This document shows positions 26,146 through 34,689 of a DNA stretch of 64,000 nt, piece by piece. The stretch's first letter is position 1, and each line of letters opens with the position of its first letter. Origin of the DNA: Dehalococcoidales bacterium (GTDB lineage: Bacteria; Chloroflexota; Dehalococcoidia; Dehalococcoidales; UBA1222). A program made the position numbers and the translations under genes. The stretch lies in NCBI GenBank assembly GCA_016286345.1, contig JAEESL010000002.1, positions 7,051-71,050 on the forward strand, given 5' to 3'. Under the pieces are notes generated by a model. That model searched no databases. It saw only the letters and a list, made by a program, of their open reading frames with translations, and was not told the origin of the DNA.

Positions 26146-27198
26146 CTATTTTCCTTTCCTTGTTCTGTAGAAGATAATGACAAATACGATGGCACCTACA
26201 AACGAGGTTACGACACCGATCGGGAGTTCGGCAGGATTTAGTATGATCCTTGCAATCAGATCGGCCAGCATCAGAAATGTTGCACCGCATATGATGGAAG
26301 CCGGAAGCAGTTTCTTGTAATTCGGACCGACTATCATCCTGACTATATGAGGCGTGACCAGACCGACAAAGGCAATCGAACCTCCGATGGACACACATAC
26401 ACCGATAAGTACGGATACCAGGATCAGAACGATAAGACGTACCTTTTTTACATCAACTCCGATGTGTCTGGCATTTTCCTCACCGATGGCAAAAGCATTA
26501 AGCTCCTCGGAAAGAGAAAGAAGGACCGCTCCGCAGATAAGCAGTACGACTGAAAGTATAACGACATTAGTATATGTACTGCCCTGGAGGGATCCCATAG
26601 TCCAGAATGTGATTTGTTTGACCTTATCGGATGCCATTACAGTGATCAGGGAAATGATGCTGGTGGCAAACATTGAATATATGACACCTATAAGGATGAT
26701 CGTATTCGTGGATAATGATCCGTCTATCTTATTTGCAAGAGAGATGATGAACAGGATCGAGAGGAATGCAAAAAGCATAGCCATTACCATAGTTCCGGAA
26801 AGCGGAAAATTCGGAAGAGTTATTCCAAACGCGATGGATATGACAGCCCCAAGAGAAGCTCCTGTAGAAACGCCGAGGGTTGAGCCATCGGCAAGAGGAT
26901 TCCTTAACAGCCCCTGCATGGATCCGCCGCATATCGAAAGAGATGCACCGACCAGAGCGACACAGATGACCCTGGGGAGTCTGACTGAAACAATAATAGA
27001 TGAAGTATTCACCAGCTCTTCGGGCAGCGGAATATTCCAGATAGCACTCCAGATCACCTTTACAGTATCGAAAAAGGATACTCTTACGCTTCCGATCGCC
27101 ACACAGAGCACAAAAACGATAAGCATGATGACACCAAACACGGCATAGTCGAGAAACCTAAATTTATTTTTTTTTGCCAGTGCATTGATGTCCATCAT
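26146..27198 (-). CDS. btuC: FecCD/BtuC-family ABC importer permease
   Basis: 350 aa, about 10 TM segments. It has LPRVICVALVGASLSICGGSMQGLLRNPLADGSTLGVSTGASLG, typical of FecCD. Confidence 0.8.
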   Translation of the reverse strand: MMDINALAKKNKFRFLDYAVFGVIMLIVFVLCVAIGSVRVSFFDTVKVIWSAIWNIPLPEELVNTSSIIVSVRLPRVICVALVGASLSICGGSMQGLLRNPLADGSTLGVSTGASLGAVISIAFGITLPNFPLSGTMVMAMLFAFLSILFIISLANKIDGSLSTNTIILIGVIYSMFATSIISLITVMASDKVKQITFWTMGSLQGSTYTNVVILSVVLLICGAVLLSLSEELNAFAIGEENARHIGVDVKKVRLIVLILVSVLIGVCVSIGGSIAFVGLVTPHIVRMIVGPNYKKLLPASIICGATFLMLADLIARIILNPAELPIGVVTSFVGAIVFVIIFYRTRKGK

Positions 27199-27236
27199 GC
27201 TTACCCTGTTTATCTGAAGTTAATTATATTGATTAA

Positions 27237-28190
27237 CTATTTATTAACAAAATCATATAATGCAAGGGCACCGTCTGCCAGTCTGGGACCTGGTCGGCTC
27301 AGCTCATTATTGGGAAGATTCAGGATTGCATTATTCTTTACAGCAGTGATGTTGGACCAGCCTGCTCGTGAGATGATCTCTTCTTCAGGAGTAGGACCTT
27401 CACCATAATACATAGTGATAGTTACGATATAGTCAGGATTTCTTTCGATAACCTGTTCTTCACTTACAGCAGCCCAACCGTCGATATCACCGAAGATGTT
27501 CTTAAGTCCGCACAAATTAGCAATTTCATCCATGAAAGTGCCTTTGCCTGCAGACCAAAGGCCCCACTGAAGAGGAGAAACTTCAAAGTAAATTGATTTG
27601 CCGGTATCCTTGGCTGAGACCTTATCGAATGTTGCTTTCATGCTCTTGATAAGATTTGCAGCATTGTCTTCCTTGCCCATAAGTTTACCGATCATTTCAA
27701 TTGCCTGATATGTTCCGGCAATATCCTGGGCATCACTTACTACAACATGGACTCCTGCAGCCTCAAGCTGTTTGACCTGGTCTTCTGTCTGGGCCATAGT
27801 ACCCATGAGAAGTACCTGAGGCTTAAGTGCGAGAATCTGCTCGATGTTTGTTTCATATCCTGACTGGACAGAAGCAACGCTCATTACATCAACAGGATAA
27901 TCACAATACTCGCCTCTTCCGACGAGAGTATCACCTGCACCGATTGCATAAAGGATTTCGCAGTCAGCTGCGGTGAGGGCAACGACACGAGTAGCAGGCT
28001 GATCAAGGGTAATTGTTCTGCCGGTCATGTCTGTGACTGTAACACTGGGATCAACGGTTACAGTCTTGGTTTCTGTTACAGTCTGTGTGTTTGTAACAGT
28101 ACTTGTAACAGTTGTTGCAGCGGTACATGATGTTATTCCAAGCATCAAAACTGCCATTGCAACTAAAAACAGTTTTTTAAGGTTTTTCAT
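27237..28190 (-). CDS. btuF: periplasmic-binding-protein type 2 lipoprotein, likely cobalamin-binding
   Basis: I moved the start to ATG 28190 (MKNLKKLFLVAMAVLMLGITSC, lipobox), preceded by AAGGAGGG. It has a PBP type-2 fold pattern (RVVALTAADCEILYAIGAGDTLVG). The gene sits directly downstream of a cobalamin riboswitch. Confidence 0.75.
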   Translation of the reverse strand: MKNLKKLFLVAMAVLMLGITSCTAATTVTSTVTNTQTVTETKTVTVDPSVTVTDMTGRTITLDQPATRVVALTAADCEILYAIGAGDTLVGRGEYCDYPVDVMSVASVQSGYETNIEQILALKPQVLLMGTMAQTEDQVKQLEAAGVHVVVSDAQDIAGTYQAIEMIGKLMGKEDNAANLIKSMKATFDKVSAKDTGKSIYFEVSPLQWGLWSAGKGTFMDEIANLCGLKNIFGDIDGWAAVSEEQVIERNPDYIVTITMYYGEGPTPEEEIISRAGWSNITAVKNNAILNLPNNELSRPGPRLADGALALYDFVNK

Positions 28191-28261
28191 CAAACCCTCC
28201 TTCATAAAATCAAACAAACAGATACGAGAGAGCTAGACTCTACTCTTGAAAGAGGGCATTT

Positions 28262-28450
28262 TGACGTTGACATCCACGTTGCTGCACCCCGTCCCAGGAG
28301 CTATCATGTGTAATCAGGTCTCCCGGCTCAGCTTCATCCTACTCGAGTGCCTTCCCGTATAAAAATATACAGTGACTTCCTTACTCTTTCGTCCACTCCA
28401 CGGTTACTGGGGTAGCTCAGATTGATTCCCTCAGTACTGTCACCAGTACC
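28262..28450 (-). promoter_or_regulatory. cobalamin (B12) riboswitch controlling the btuFCD-cob operon
   Basis: The minus strand contains ...GGTGACAGTACTGAGGGAATCAATCTGAGCTACCCCAGTAACCGTGGAG...ACGGGAAGGCACTCGAG...GAAGCTGAGCCGGGAGACCTGATTAC. The AGCCGGGAGACCTG B12 box (plus-strand 28315..28328), the AGGGAA and the GGGAAGGC elements are in the expected order. A downstream CCCTCT (28251..28256) can pair with the btuF SD. Confidence 0.8.
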
Positions 28451-28501
28451 GGCATATCGCTATGCAAAAACACACGCTGTTCGCTTGTATTGGTTATTTT
28501 A

Positions 28502-28798
28502 CTACATTGACGGTTTTCTTGAAACAAACCAGACTTCTGCGGCTCCGGTACCTCCGTGGAGACTGTCAGCGTCATTGTATGACTCTACGATAGGACAATC
28601 ATCGAGATAAAATCTGACTGCATCCTTAACTGCACCGGTACCTTTACCGTGAATAACAAGCACCTTCAGATAATGCTTGCGGTATCTATCAAAGAGAAAT
28701 GTTTCAAGCTCCATCAAGGCATCATCAACAATGAAACCATGAAGATCCAAAACATCAAGACGTGATCTTTCTGAACGCATACAGCTATTGTATTTCAA
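28502..28798 (-). CDS. Smr domain protein
   Basis: 98 aa. LDLHGFIVDDALMELETFL...LKVLVIHGKGTGAVK is the Smr (MutS2 C-terminal-like) signature. Confidence 0.75.
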   Translation of the reverse strand: MKYNSCMRSERSRLDVLDLHGFIVDDALMELETFLFDRYRKHYLKVLVIHGKGTGAVKDAVRFYLDDCPIVESYNDADSLHGGTGAAEVWFVSRKPSM

Positions 28799-28822
28799 GA
28801 ACGAAAAAACCGAAAGAGTATA

Positions 28823-29122
28823 TTAGGGTTCAAAAATAGGTTCGTCATCTTCAGTAAGAATAGACGTTAAAGATGCCCTGAAGAAGGAGTGGTCACACTG
28901 AACTTCATCGCATGCCCCGCATGGATCATTATGAATATTCTGTGCAGGGATGCGCAGATGTACATCACGATTGATCTGATCCTTATGACACCAGACTGCC
29001 TTACCCATCAGGATAGGAAGAAAGAACTCGCACCTGTCACTGATGAATGCCAGTCCGCCCGCTTTCCTTATGATCTTTCCCGTAATTACCATAGAGCTCT
29101 CATCTGACTCCCTGTTATTCAT
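28823..29122 (-). CDS. hypothetical Cys-containing protein
   Basis: I moved the start to ATG 29122 (MNNRESDESS...) to avoid overlap with lipB. I recognise no family. It contains DPCGACDEVQC. Confidence 0.4.
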   Translation of the reverse strand: MNNRESDESSMVITGKIIRKAGGLAFISDRCEFFLPILMGKAVWCHKDQINRDVHLRIPAQNIHNDPCGACDEVQCDHSFFRASLTSILTEDDEPIFEP

Positions 29123-29199
29123 AACGAACCTATTATAATAAATAGTTTTATGCGTTACAAATAAAATAATTTTATTGATTAAATCAAAGAGTTCTATAG

Positions 29200-29847
29200 T
29201 TAACAAAAAAAATATTCATAGAACAGGTTCAGAAAAGAGGTTTTTACATCTTTAATGTCAGGAATCCTGCCGGTTTCGGCAAAAATTGACGTTGCACTGA
29301 GATCTTTCACTCCGCACAGGTTTATCGACTTAAATAATTCAATATCCGGGGAAACATTGACAGATATGCCCTGGGTTACAACATCGCGGCTTATGTGCAA
29401 ACCTATGGCTGAAATCTGCTTTCCGCCGACATAAACTCCGGGATGGGAAGATCTTTCGGCATCCAGAACCCCGTTTTTCCGACAGACTTCTATAACGATT
29501 TCCTCAAGAACATTTATAAATTTACGTAATGAAATATGAAATTCCATCAAATCGAAAATCGGATATATGACAAGTTGTCCCGGAAGATGAAGAGTGACAT
29601 CTCCTCCCCTGTCGATGTCAACAACATCGATCTTTTTTCTTTTCAGTTTTTCTTCAGACCAAAGGATATTGGATCTGTCAGCAAAATGTCCGATGGTAAT
29701 AACAGCCGGATGTTCCGCAAAAACAAGGGTGTCGGTGATCTTCTGACAGGATCTGTATGATGCAAGCATCTTCTGAAGATCGTTTGATACCGAAAAATCT
29801 ATCGTTCCAAAATCAAGGGCATTCAAGCGGCCGGACGAGGATTTCAT
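29200..29847 (-). CDS. lipB: lipoyl(octanoyl) transferase
   Basis: 215 aa. Has VFAEHPAVITIG, IDRGGDVTLHLPGQLVIYP and GGKQISAIGL (catalytic Lys), a LipB-type pattern. Confidence 0.75.
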   Translation of the reverse strand: MKSSSGRLNALDFGTIDFSVSNDLQKMLASYRSCQKITDTLVFAEHPAVITIGHFADRSNILWSEEKLKRKKIDVVDIDRGGDVTLHLPGQLVIYPIFDLMEFHISLRKFINVLEEIVIEVCRKNGVLDAERSSHPGVYVGGKQISAIGLHISRDVVTQGISVNVSPDIELFKSINLCGVKDLSATSIFAETGRIPDIKDVKTSFLNLFYEYFFC

Positions 29848-29859
29848 TGCTTTTCCGAT

Positions 29860-30198
29860 TTACGAGCCTATTTGAACTTTATGGATTTTATCAAGATATT
29901 TATCATCGGCTTCAAGTACTGCCATGGCAGTAACCTCAGGAGCATCTCCGCCGATGCGGGCAGACAACCATTTGATGGTATTGTTCATAAGAAGTCTATT
30001 GGAAACTATCTCTACGACACATTCTGTTTTTTTCTGGATGTTACCATCGACAATAAAATGAGTCTCTACCTGGGGATAAATGCTGACACTGTATGCCAGT
30101 CTGTCATTCAGCAGATCAACACTCATGCTTCGCGCTGCGCCTTCGTCTTCAACAGTGCATTTTATGACAACGATCTGTTTCGACATTGATGAAACCAT
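29860..30198 (-). CDS. cutA: CutA1 divalent-cation tolerance family protein
   Basis: 112 aa. IVVIKCTVEDEGAARSMSVDLLNDRLAYSVSIYPQVETHFIVDGNIQKKTECVVEI fits the CutA fold pattern. Confidence 0.7.
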   Translation of the reverse strand: MVSSMSKQIVVIKCTVEDEGAARSMSVDLLNDRLAYSVSIYPQVETHFIVDGNIQKKTECVVEIVSNRLLMNNTIKWLSARIGGDAPEVTAMAVLEADDKYLDKIHKVQIGS

Positions 30199-30210
30199 AC
30201 TGCCCCCTTG

Positions 30211-31248
30211 TTATTTAAGCCCTTTTTTATAAGAATCATTGAATACCTTCCAGAATAAATCTTCCCTGGGACGAAGCAGCGGAATTTCAATTCCGAATCT
30301 GACTTTCAAATATCCTGATCCTTCTTTTATAAACTTGCCGACACGTTTGGCGCTGATATCCTTGGCACTAAGGGCGCTTATGATATTTTCAACCGCATCA
30401 GATGAACATGCGATGATAAGTGAACCGCTGCTGAAAGAGAAATCCGGGTCTAAACCGAAAAGCTTACAAATGTCTGATACACCGTATTCCATATCGTATG
30501 AATCATCAAGAGCGACTCCAAGCCCGGCATTCTCAGCGAGCTCGATAATGCTCCCGCTGACCCCAAGGTCTGCGGCATTCAGCATGGCATGGATGCCGTC
30601 GATGTTTTTTACTGTTTCAACATCTTCAACAGCACTGGCATCATTGAACACATCGATTGCCTTGTGGACAAATTCCTGTCCGTATTTTTCAGCAATTGTG
30701 ACAGGGAACATTGCTGTAAGAAGTGCTGTTGCGGAAACGGCAGGGCCTTTTGTTACGATAATACTGTCTTCTTCCTTGACAAAAGCCGGTGAAAAATACC
30801 TGTCACCTTCACAGATAACAGTCGCCGACCCTACCCACGGGAAAGCGCAGGTTTCATTGCGCTCTATCCTGCTTGATATGATCGCAACTTTGTACTCAGC
30901 ACATATTGCACTGATCGTCTTCCAGATAGACTCAATCAATGTATCAGTACATGTCCTGGGAAGATTAAGAGTAATGGTGAGATACTTCATCTCCAGCCCG
31001 GTCGAAGCGGCTGCAGAGAAAAGATAATGCATTGCAAACCATGATGCATTCTCAAGCCCGAGATCAGGCAAAAAGAATAACGGCTTGGTCACAGTGGAGA
31101 CCTTTTTACCGCCTATTTCGACAAAACCGGTGGATCTTCCGCTGATATGGCCGGGAACAGCATCAAATGCATAACCGCAGTTAGGCGAAACAACTGTTTT
31201 AAGAAATCTGCTGGATACTTTTCCCTGGGGAGACATCATATTAGGCAT
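30211..31248 (-). CDS. AIR synthase-related (PurM/HypE/ThiL superfamily) protein, function unknown
   Basis: 345 aa. The two-domain PurM-like pattern is present, but none of the specific PurM, ThiL, SelD or HypE signatures are recognisable by eye. Confidence 0.65.
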   Translation of the reverse strand: MPNMMSPQGKVSSRFLKTVVSPNCGYAFDAVPGHISGRSTGFVEIGGKKVSTVTKPLFFLPDLGLENASWFAMHYLFSAAASTGLEMKYLTITLNLPRTCTDTLIESIWKTISAICAEYKVAIISSRIERNETCAFPWVGSATVICEGDRYFSPAFVKEEDSIIVTKGPAVSATALLTAMFPVTIAEKYGQEFVHKAIDVFNDASAVEDVETVKNIDGIHAMLNAADLGVSGSIIELAENAGLGVALDDSYDMEYGVSDICKLFGLDPDFSFSSGSLIIACSSDAVENIISALSAKDISAKRVGKFIKEGSGYLKVRFGIEIPLLRPREDLFWKVFNDSYKKGLK

Positions 31249-31266
31249 TTTGAACCCCGGAACAGA

Positions 31267-31533
31267 TTATTCATTATCTCCGAAGGATAATCTGAAAATA
31301 TCAGGTACAGATGCTTTGCTTGTATTCAACCATACCTGCAAACATTCAACCGAACAAAAAGTAAGACAATCAAACCTTTCGTTATCATGTATCTGTGACA
31401 AAACGATCCATCCGTTCATCGCATGGCAAACATCTTCAGTTTGTCTGATGACTGCGGTTTTTTCACAGACCTGACAATGTCTGATAATCTCTCTCATATA
31501 AATGATATTATCTCTCATAATAGCCAGTGTCAA
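31267..31533 (-). CDS. small Cys-rich protein (CxxC ... FCSxxC, TRASH-like zinc-ribbon pattern)
   Basis: 88 aa, with CQVCEK ... CLTFCSVEC. The spacing is longer than in a canonical TRASH domain. Confidence 0.4.
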   Translation of the reverse strand: MTLAIMRDNIIYMREIIRHCQVCEKTAVIRQTEDVCHAMNGWIVLSQIHDNERFDCLTFCSVECLQVWLNTSKASVPDIFRLSFGDNE

Positions 31534-31542
31534 ACGACAAAG

Positions 31543-32430
31543 CTATTCAGCGGCAGGAAGGTCGGAATCAGCTGAATCCAAAGTCTCTTTGTCTTCAGCG
31601 GCAGGGACAGCGTTTTTCTTGCCCTTGTATACGGTTCTGGAAAGAAGAATACCAATTTCAAGAAGCAGGATGAGAGGAACTGCAATAATAGTCTGATTCA
31701 CGGGATCGAAAGTAGGCGTGATTATGGCAGAAAGGACAAATGCCATAACGATCCATATCTTTCTCCTCTTTGCCAGCCAGTCAGGAGACACTATACCGAA
31801 CTTGGCCAGCACCATAACAATGATAGGAGTTTCAAACACGATACCTACCACCAGAAGCATTCTGGAGACAAGATCGATATAGTCTGAAATTCGTCCGTGT
31901 ACTTCTGCGACTTCAGTATTGAAGTTATAAAGGAAGTTCAAAGCCGGGGGCAATGCAATAAAGTATGCGAAGGCAACACCGGCAAAGAACATAAGTACGA
32001 TGAACGGGAGCGCAGTAAACAGTAATCTCTTCTCTTTGCTGGTCAGGCCCGGCGTGACAAAGGCAAGAATGTGATAGACCAGATAAGGCATGGCAACTAT
32101 AAGAGAAGAAGTAAGACATACTTTGAAGAACACAGACAAATTCTCCATAGCTGTAATAGCCTGGAGTTCGATAGCTTTGACAAGTTCCGGATCTGTTCCA
32201 AATGATGCAGCCTTCTTTAAAGGATACTTGAGCAGATCAATAACTTCGTTTCCAAAGTAGAAGCTGGCAATCATAAGGATCACAACCACGATCACGCATT
32301 TGATCAGTCGGTTTCTCAGTTCCTTAAGATGACCGGAAATAGGAGCAGCAGACTTCTGAAGTTTGGCTTCTTCAGCTTCCTTTTTCGCCTGTTCTACATC
32401 TTCATCTAATAATTCAACCTGTCCTGCCAT
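31543..32430 (-). CDS. tatC: twin-arginine translocase subunit TatC
   Basis: 295 aa, 6 TM segments. HLKELRNRLIK... and ...FVTPGLTSKEKR are the TatC signatures. Confidence 0.9.
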   Translation of the reverse strand: MAGQVELLDEDVEQAKKEAEEAKLQKSAAPISGHLKELRNRLIKCVIVVVILMIASFYFGNEVIDLLKYPLKKAASFGTDPELVKAIELQAITAMENLSVFFKVCLTSSLIVAMPYLVYHILAFVTPGLTSKEKRLLFTALPFIVLMFFAGVAFAYFIALPPALNFLYNFNTEVAEVHGRISDYIDLVSRMLLVVGIVFETPIIVMVLAKFGIVSPDWLAKRRKIWIVMAFVLSAIITPTFDPVNQTIIAVPLILLLEIGILLSRTVYKGKKNAVPAAEDKETLDSADSDLPAAE

Positions 32431-32444
32431 ATCATTCCACTTTT

Positions 32445-32966
32445 TTAAATGTCATTTAAATCGTCCTGTGCGTCTCTCACACGAACGAATTCCTGTTGAG
32501 CAATGGGGTCGACCGACTGATCGCGTGTAACCGGTTCGTCAGCCGGAGTCCAGATATTGGGGTTTTTGGTATCCTGAGGTGTATCGTCAATATCGATATC
32601 TTTCAGTGATTCATTGACACTGTCTTCAGCATCTTTAAGTGAATCATTGACGGTCTTTTCCAGACTCTCATCAGAAACAGAAACATCATCGACATCATTC
32701 AATGATGCACGCAAGTCATCGGCATCCTTCTGCAATGATGCTCTGATCTCATCGATTCCGCTTGTGAGAGATTCCCCGTTCTCATCTTCATCAAGAGCCA
32801 CTGCTTTACGCAGATCCGATGTGACTCCGTTTGTCAGCTGCCTGAACTTACGATAATACTTCCCGAATGTCCTGACATATTCAGGCAGTTTTTCCGGGCC
32901 AAGTACTATTAAAGCTACGATGAGAATGAGTATGATCTCCGGCCAACCCATCCCAAGAAAATCCAT
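32445..32966 (-). CDS. tatB: TatB-like Sec-independent translocase component with long acidic tail
   Basis: The N-terminal TM plus hinge (IILILIVALIVLGPEKLPEYVRTFGKYYRKFRQ) has the LGPxxLP hinge typical of TatB. Confidence 0.7.
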   Translation of the reverse strand: MDFLGMGWPEIILILIVALIVLGPEKLPEYVRTFGKYYRKFRQLTNGVTSDLRKAVALDEDENGESLTSGIDEIRASLQKDADDLRASLNDVDDVSVSDESLEKTVNDSLKDAEDSVNESLKDIDIDDTPQDTKNPNIWTPADEPVTRDQSVDPIAQQEFVRVRDAQDDLNDI

Positions 32967-33021
32967 ATTCTAGGTCCTTACTCCTATGGCATGATAATCT
33001 GCTTGCAAATGAAGCAGAAAA

Positions 33022-33303
33022 TTAGCCAAGATTCTCTTTTTCAGGGGTTTCAGGCTTTGTATCCTGTACCGGTGACTGGTTTTCAGCGGGAGCTGCTGGC
33101 TTTTCTTCAGCCTTGATTTCAGCTTTTTCTTCTGCTTTTTCCTGTTCTTCAAGTTCCTTGGTATCTTTAGCTGCTTTGTTTCGCAGTTTGTTTACACCCT
33201 TGCCGAGTGCATCAAAGATCTGAGGAAGCTTACCGGCACCAAAGATAACAAAGATGATCAGTAATATAATTAAAAGCTCAGGTACTCCGAGTCTAAATGG
33301 CAT
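33022..33303 (-). CDS. tatA: twin-arginine translocase TatA/E family protein
   Basis: MPFRLGVPELLIILLIIFVIFGAGKLPQIFDALGKGVNKLR. Confidence 0.85.
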   Translation of the reverse strand: MPFRLGVPELLIILLIIFVIFGAGKLPQIFDALGKGVNKLRNKAAKDTKELEEQEKAEEKAEIKAEEKPAAPAENQSPVQDTKPETPEKENLG

Positions 33304-33345
33304 ATCTATTAATCCTCCGTTAGGATATTTTAAAAGTAATTATAG

Positions 33346-33660
33346 TTATTTTTCGTCAGAAATAGGACCCTGCTGTGAATCTGCAGGCTTGTCATTATCA
33401 GTCGCAGGACTGGGCTGAACTTCAACAGTTGGTTCAGCTTCTTTGACAGGTTCGTTCTTAACTACTTCTGCAGTGGTATCAACTGGTTTTGCGTCGTTCT
33501 TTTCTTCTTCAAGCTTATCTTTATCGGCATCTTTCTGTCCGTCTTTGAAAGCCTTGATGCTTTTTCCAAGTGCTGAAGCGACCTGGGGAAGCTTGCCGAT
33601 ACCGAAAATTAAGGCAATAACAGCGACAATAAGAATGATTTCTGGGGTTCCAAGATGCAT
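33346..33660 (-). CDS. tatA: twin-arginine translocase TatA/E family protein (second copy)
   Basis: MHLGTPEIILIVAVIALIFGIGKLPQVASALGKSIKAFKDG. Confidence 0.85.
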   Translation of the reverse strand: MHLGTPEIILIVAVIALIFGIGKLPQVASALGKSIKAFKDGQKDADKDKLEEEKNDAKPVDTTAEVVKNEPVKEAEPTVEVQPSPATDNDKPADSQQGPISDEK

Positions 33661-33837
33661 ATTAGCCTCCGTGTATAGAAACCGAACAATTTCGGTTGCA
33701 GATAAACATATTAATTTTTGCGCTTAGCGTAAACAACTGGGCCGGTAGGTTGCACAAATGCAGATACCAAGAAGTATTCTAAGTTAGTTTAGAGTCATTG
33801 TCAAAACTGTTAAGCAAAACTGACCGAAAATATACTG

Positions 33838-34689
33838 TTATGGAATATATTCAACGCTTGACGACTCTGATTCCCAGACCTCAACAGAGACAAGCTTTAT
33901 ATCTGTGCCATCGAACAGCGGCTTCATTTTATTATAAATGTAGATAGCCAGATTCTCCGATGAAGGATTGATATCCCTGAAGTAATCAAGTTCATTCAGA
34001 TTATGATGATCAAGTTCATCAAGGATCTTGTTGAATTCTGCCTTAAGATCTGTGAAATCATAAACGATACCAATTTCGTTCTGTTTTTCACTCTGTATCT
34101 TCACTGCTGCCCTGAACGTGTGTCCATGCAGAGCTTCACATTTACCCTTATAACCACGAAGAGCATGTGCAGAAGAAAAATGCCCTCTTACTGTTAAATT
34201 AAACATTTCCGGCCTCCATTTTTTTACTCCGCTTTTATCAATTTTATCCGTTATGTCATGTATTGTCATGTGCCTGACAGGATGAACCACATCAGGGGCT
34301 ATTTCACACAGAGGAACCATTACAAATGCCCTGTCTGTCATTCTGGCATGAGGAATGGTCAGTTTATCTGAGTTTATTATCTCATTGCCATACAGAATGA
34401 TATCCACATCAATATTGCGCGGTCCGAACCTGACAGTCTTCCTGCGTCCCAGTTCTCTTTCGATCCCCTGTGTCCGTTCAAGCAGCTCCTGGGGCTTCAG
34501 ATCAGTGGATATCTCGCAAACCACATTAAGAAAGTCTGGCTGATCAAGATAACCGACAGGTGCAGTTTCATAAACAGAAGAAACATTTCTTATATCAGCA
34601 AAGTCCGAAATCAGCCTGAGAGCATCATCAAGATTGCCTTTGCGATCTCCGAGATTGCTTCCAAGACAAAGAAATACCCTAGTCTTCAT
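33838..34689 (-). CDS. folK: fusion of HPPK (FolK) with a 6-pyruvoyl-tetrahydropterin synthase family (PTPS/QueD-like) domain
   Basis: The N-terminal half (VFLCLGSNLGDR...YETAPVG...RFGPRNIDVDIILYG...LTIPHARM) is HPPK. The C-terminal half (FNLTVRGHFSSAH...GKCEALHGHTF...) is COG0720-type with a C-E-x2-HGH motif (34120..34140). I placed the start at ATG 34689 (MKTRVFL), which overlaps the folP stop. Confidence 0.8.
   Translation of the reverse strand: MKTRVFLCLGSNLGDRKGNLDDALRLISDFADIRNVSSVYETAPVGYLDQPDFLNVVCEISTDLKPQELLERTQGIERELGRRKTVRFGPRNIDVDIILYGNEIINSDKLTIPHARMTDRAFVMVPLCEIAPDVVHPVRHMTIHDITDKIDKSGVKKWRPEMFNLTVRGHFSSAHALRGYKGKCEALHGHTFRAAVKIQSEKQNEIGIVYDFTDLKAEFNKILDELDHHNLNELDYFRDINPSSENLAIYIYNKMKPLFDGTDIKLVSVEVWESESSSVEYIP

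Noticed and set aside
26354-27148. 264-aa plus-strand ORF in the track, antisense to the btuC-like permease.
   Set aside because: This is a shadow ORF. Its product is Thr/Ser/Pro/Ile-rich low-complexity with no motif or RBS, whereas the minus-strand frame encodes a clean FecCD permease. The same reasoning rejects the other long antisense ORFs: 30239..31027(+), 61739..62278(-), 48498..49094(-), 12624..13052(+), 52316..52759(+), 20686..21237(+), 57784..58299(+), 45272..45712(-) and 46230..46637(-).
32970-33152. 60-aa ORF 32970..33152(-), rich in K/Q/S, overlapping the tatA copy.
   Set aside because: It is an out-of-frame overlap with the well-supported tatA ORF (33022..33303) and a low-complexity translation of its charged-tail coding region.
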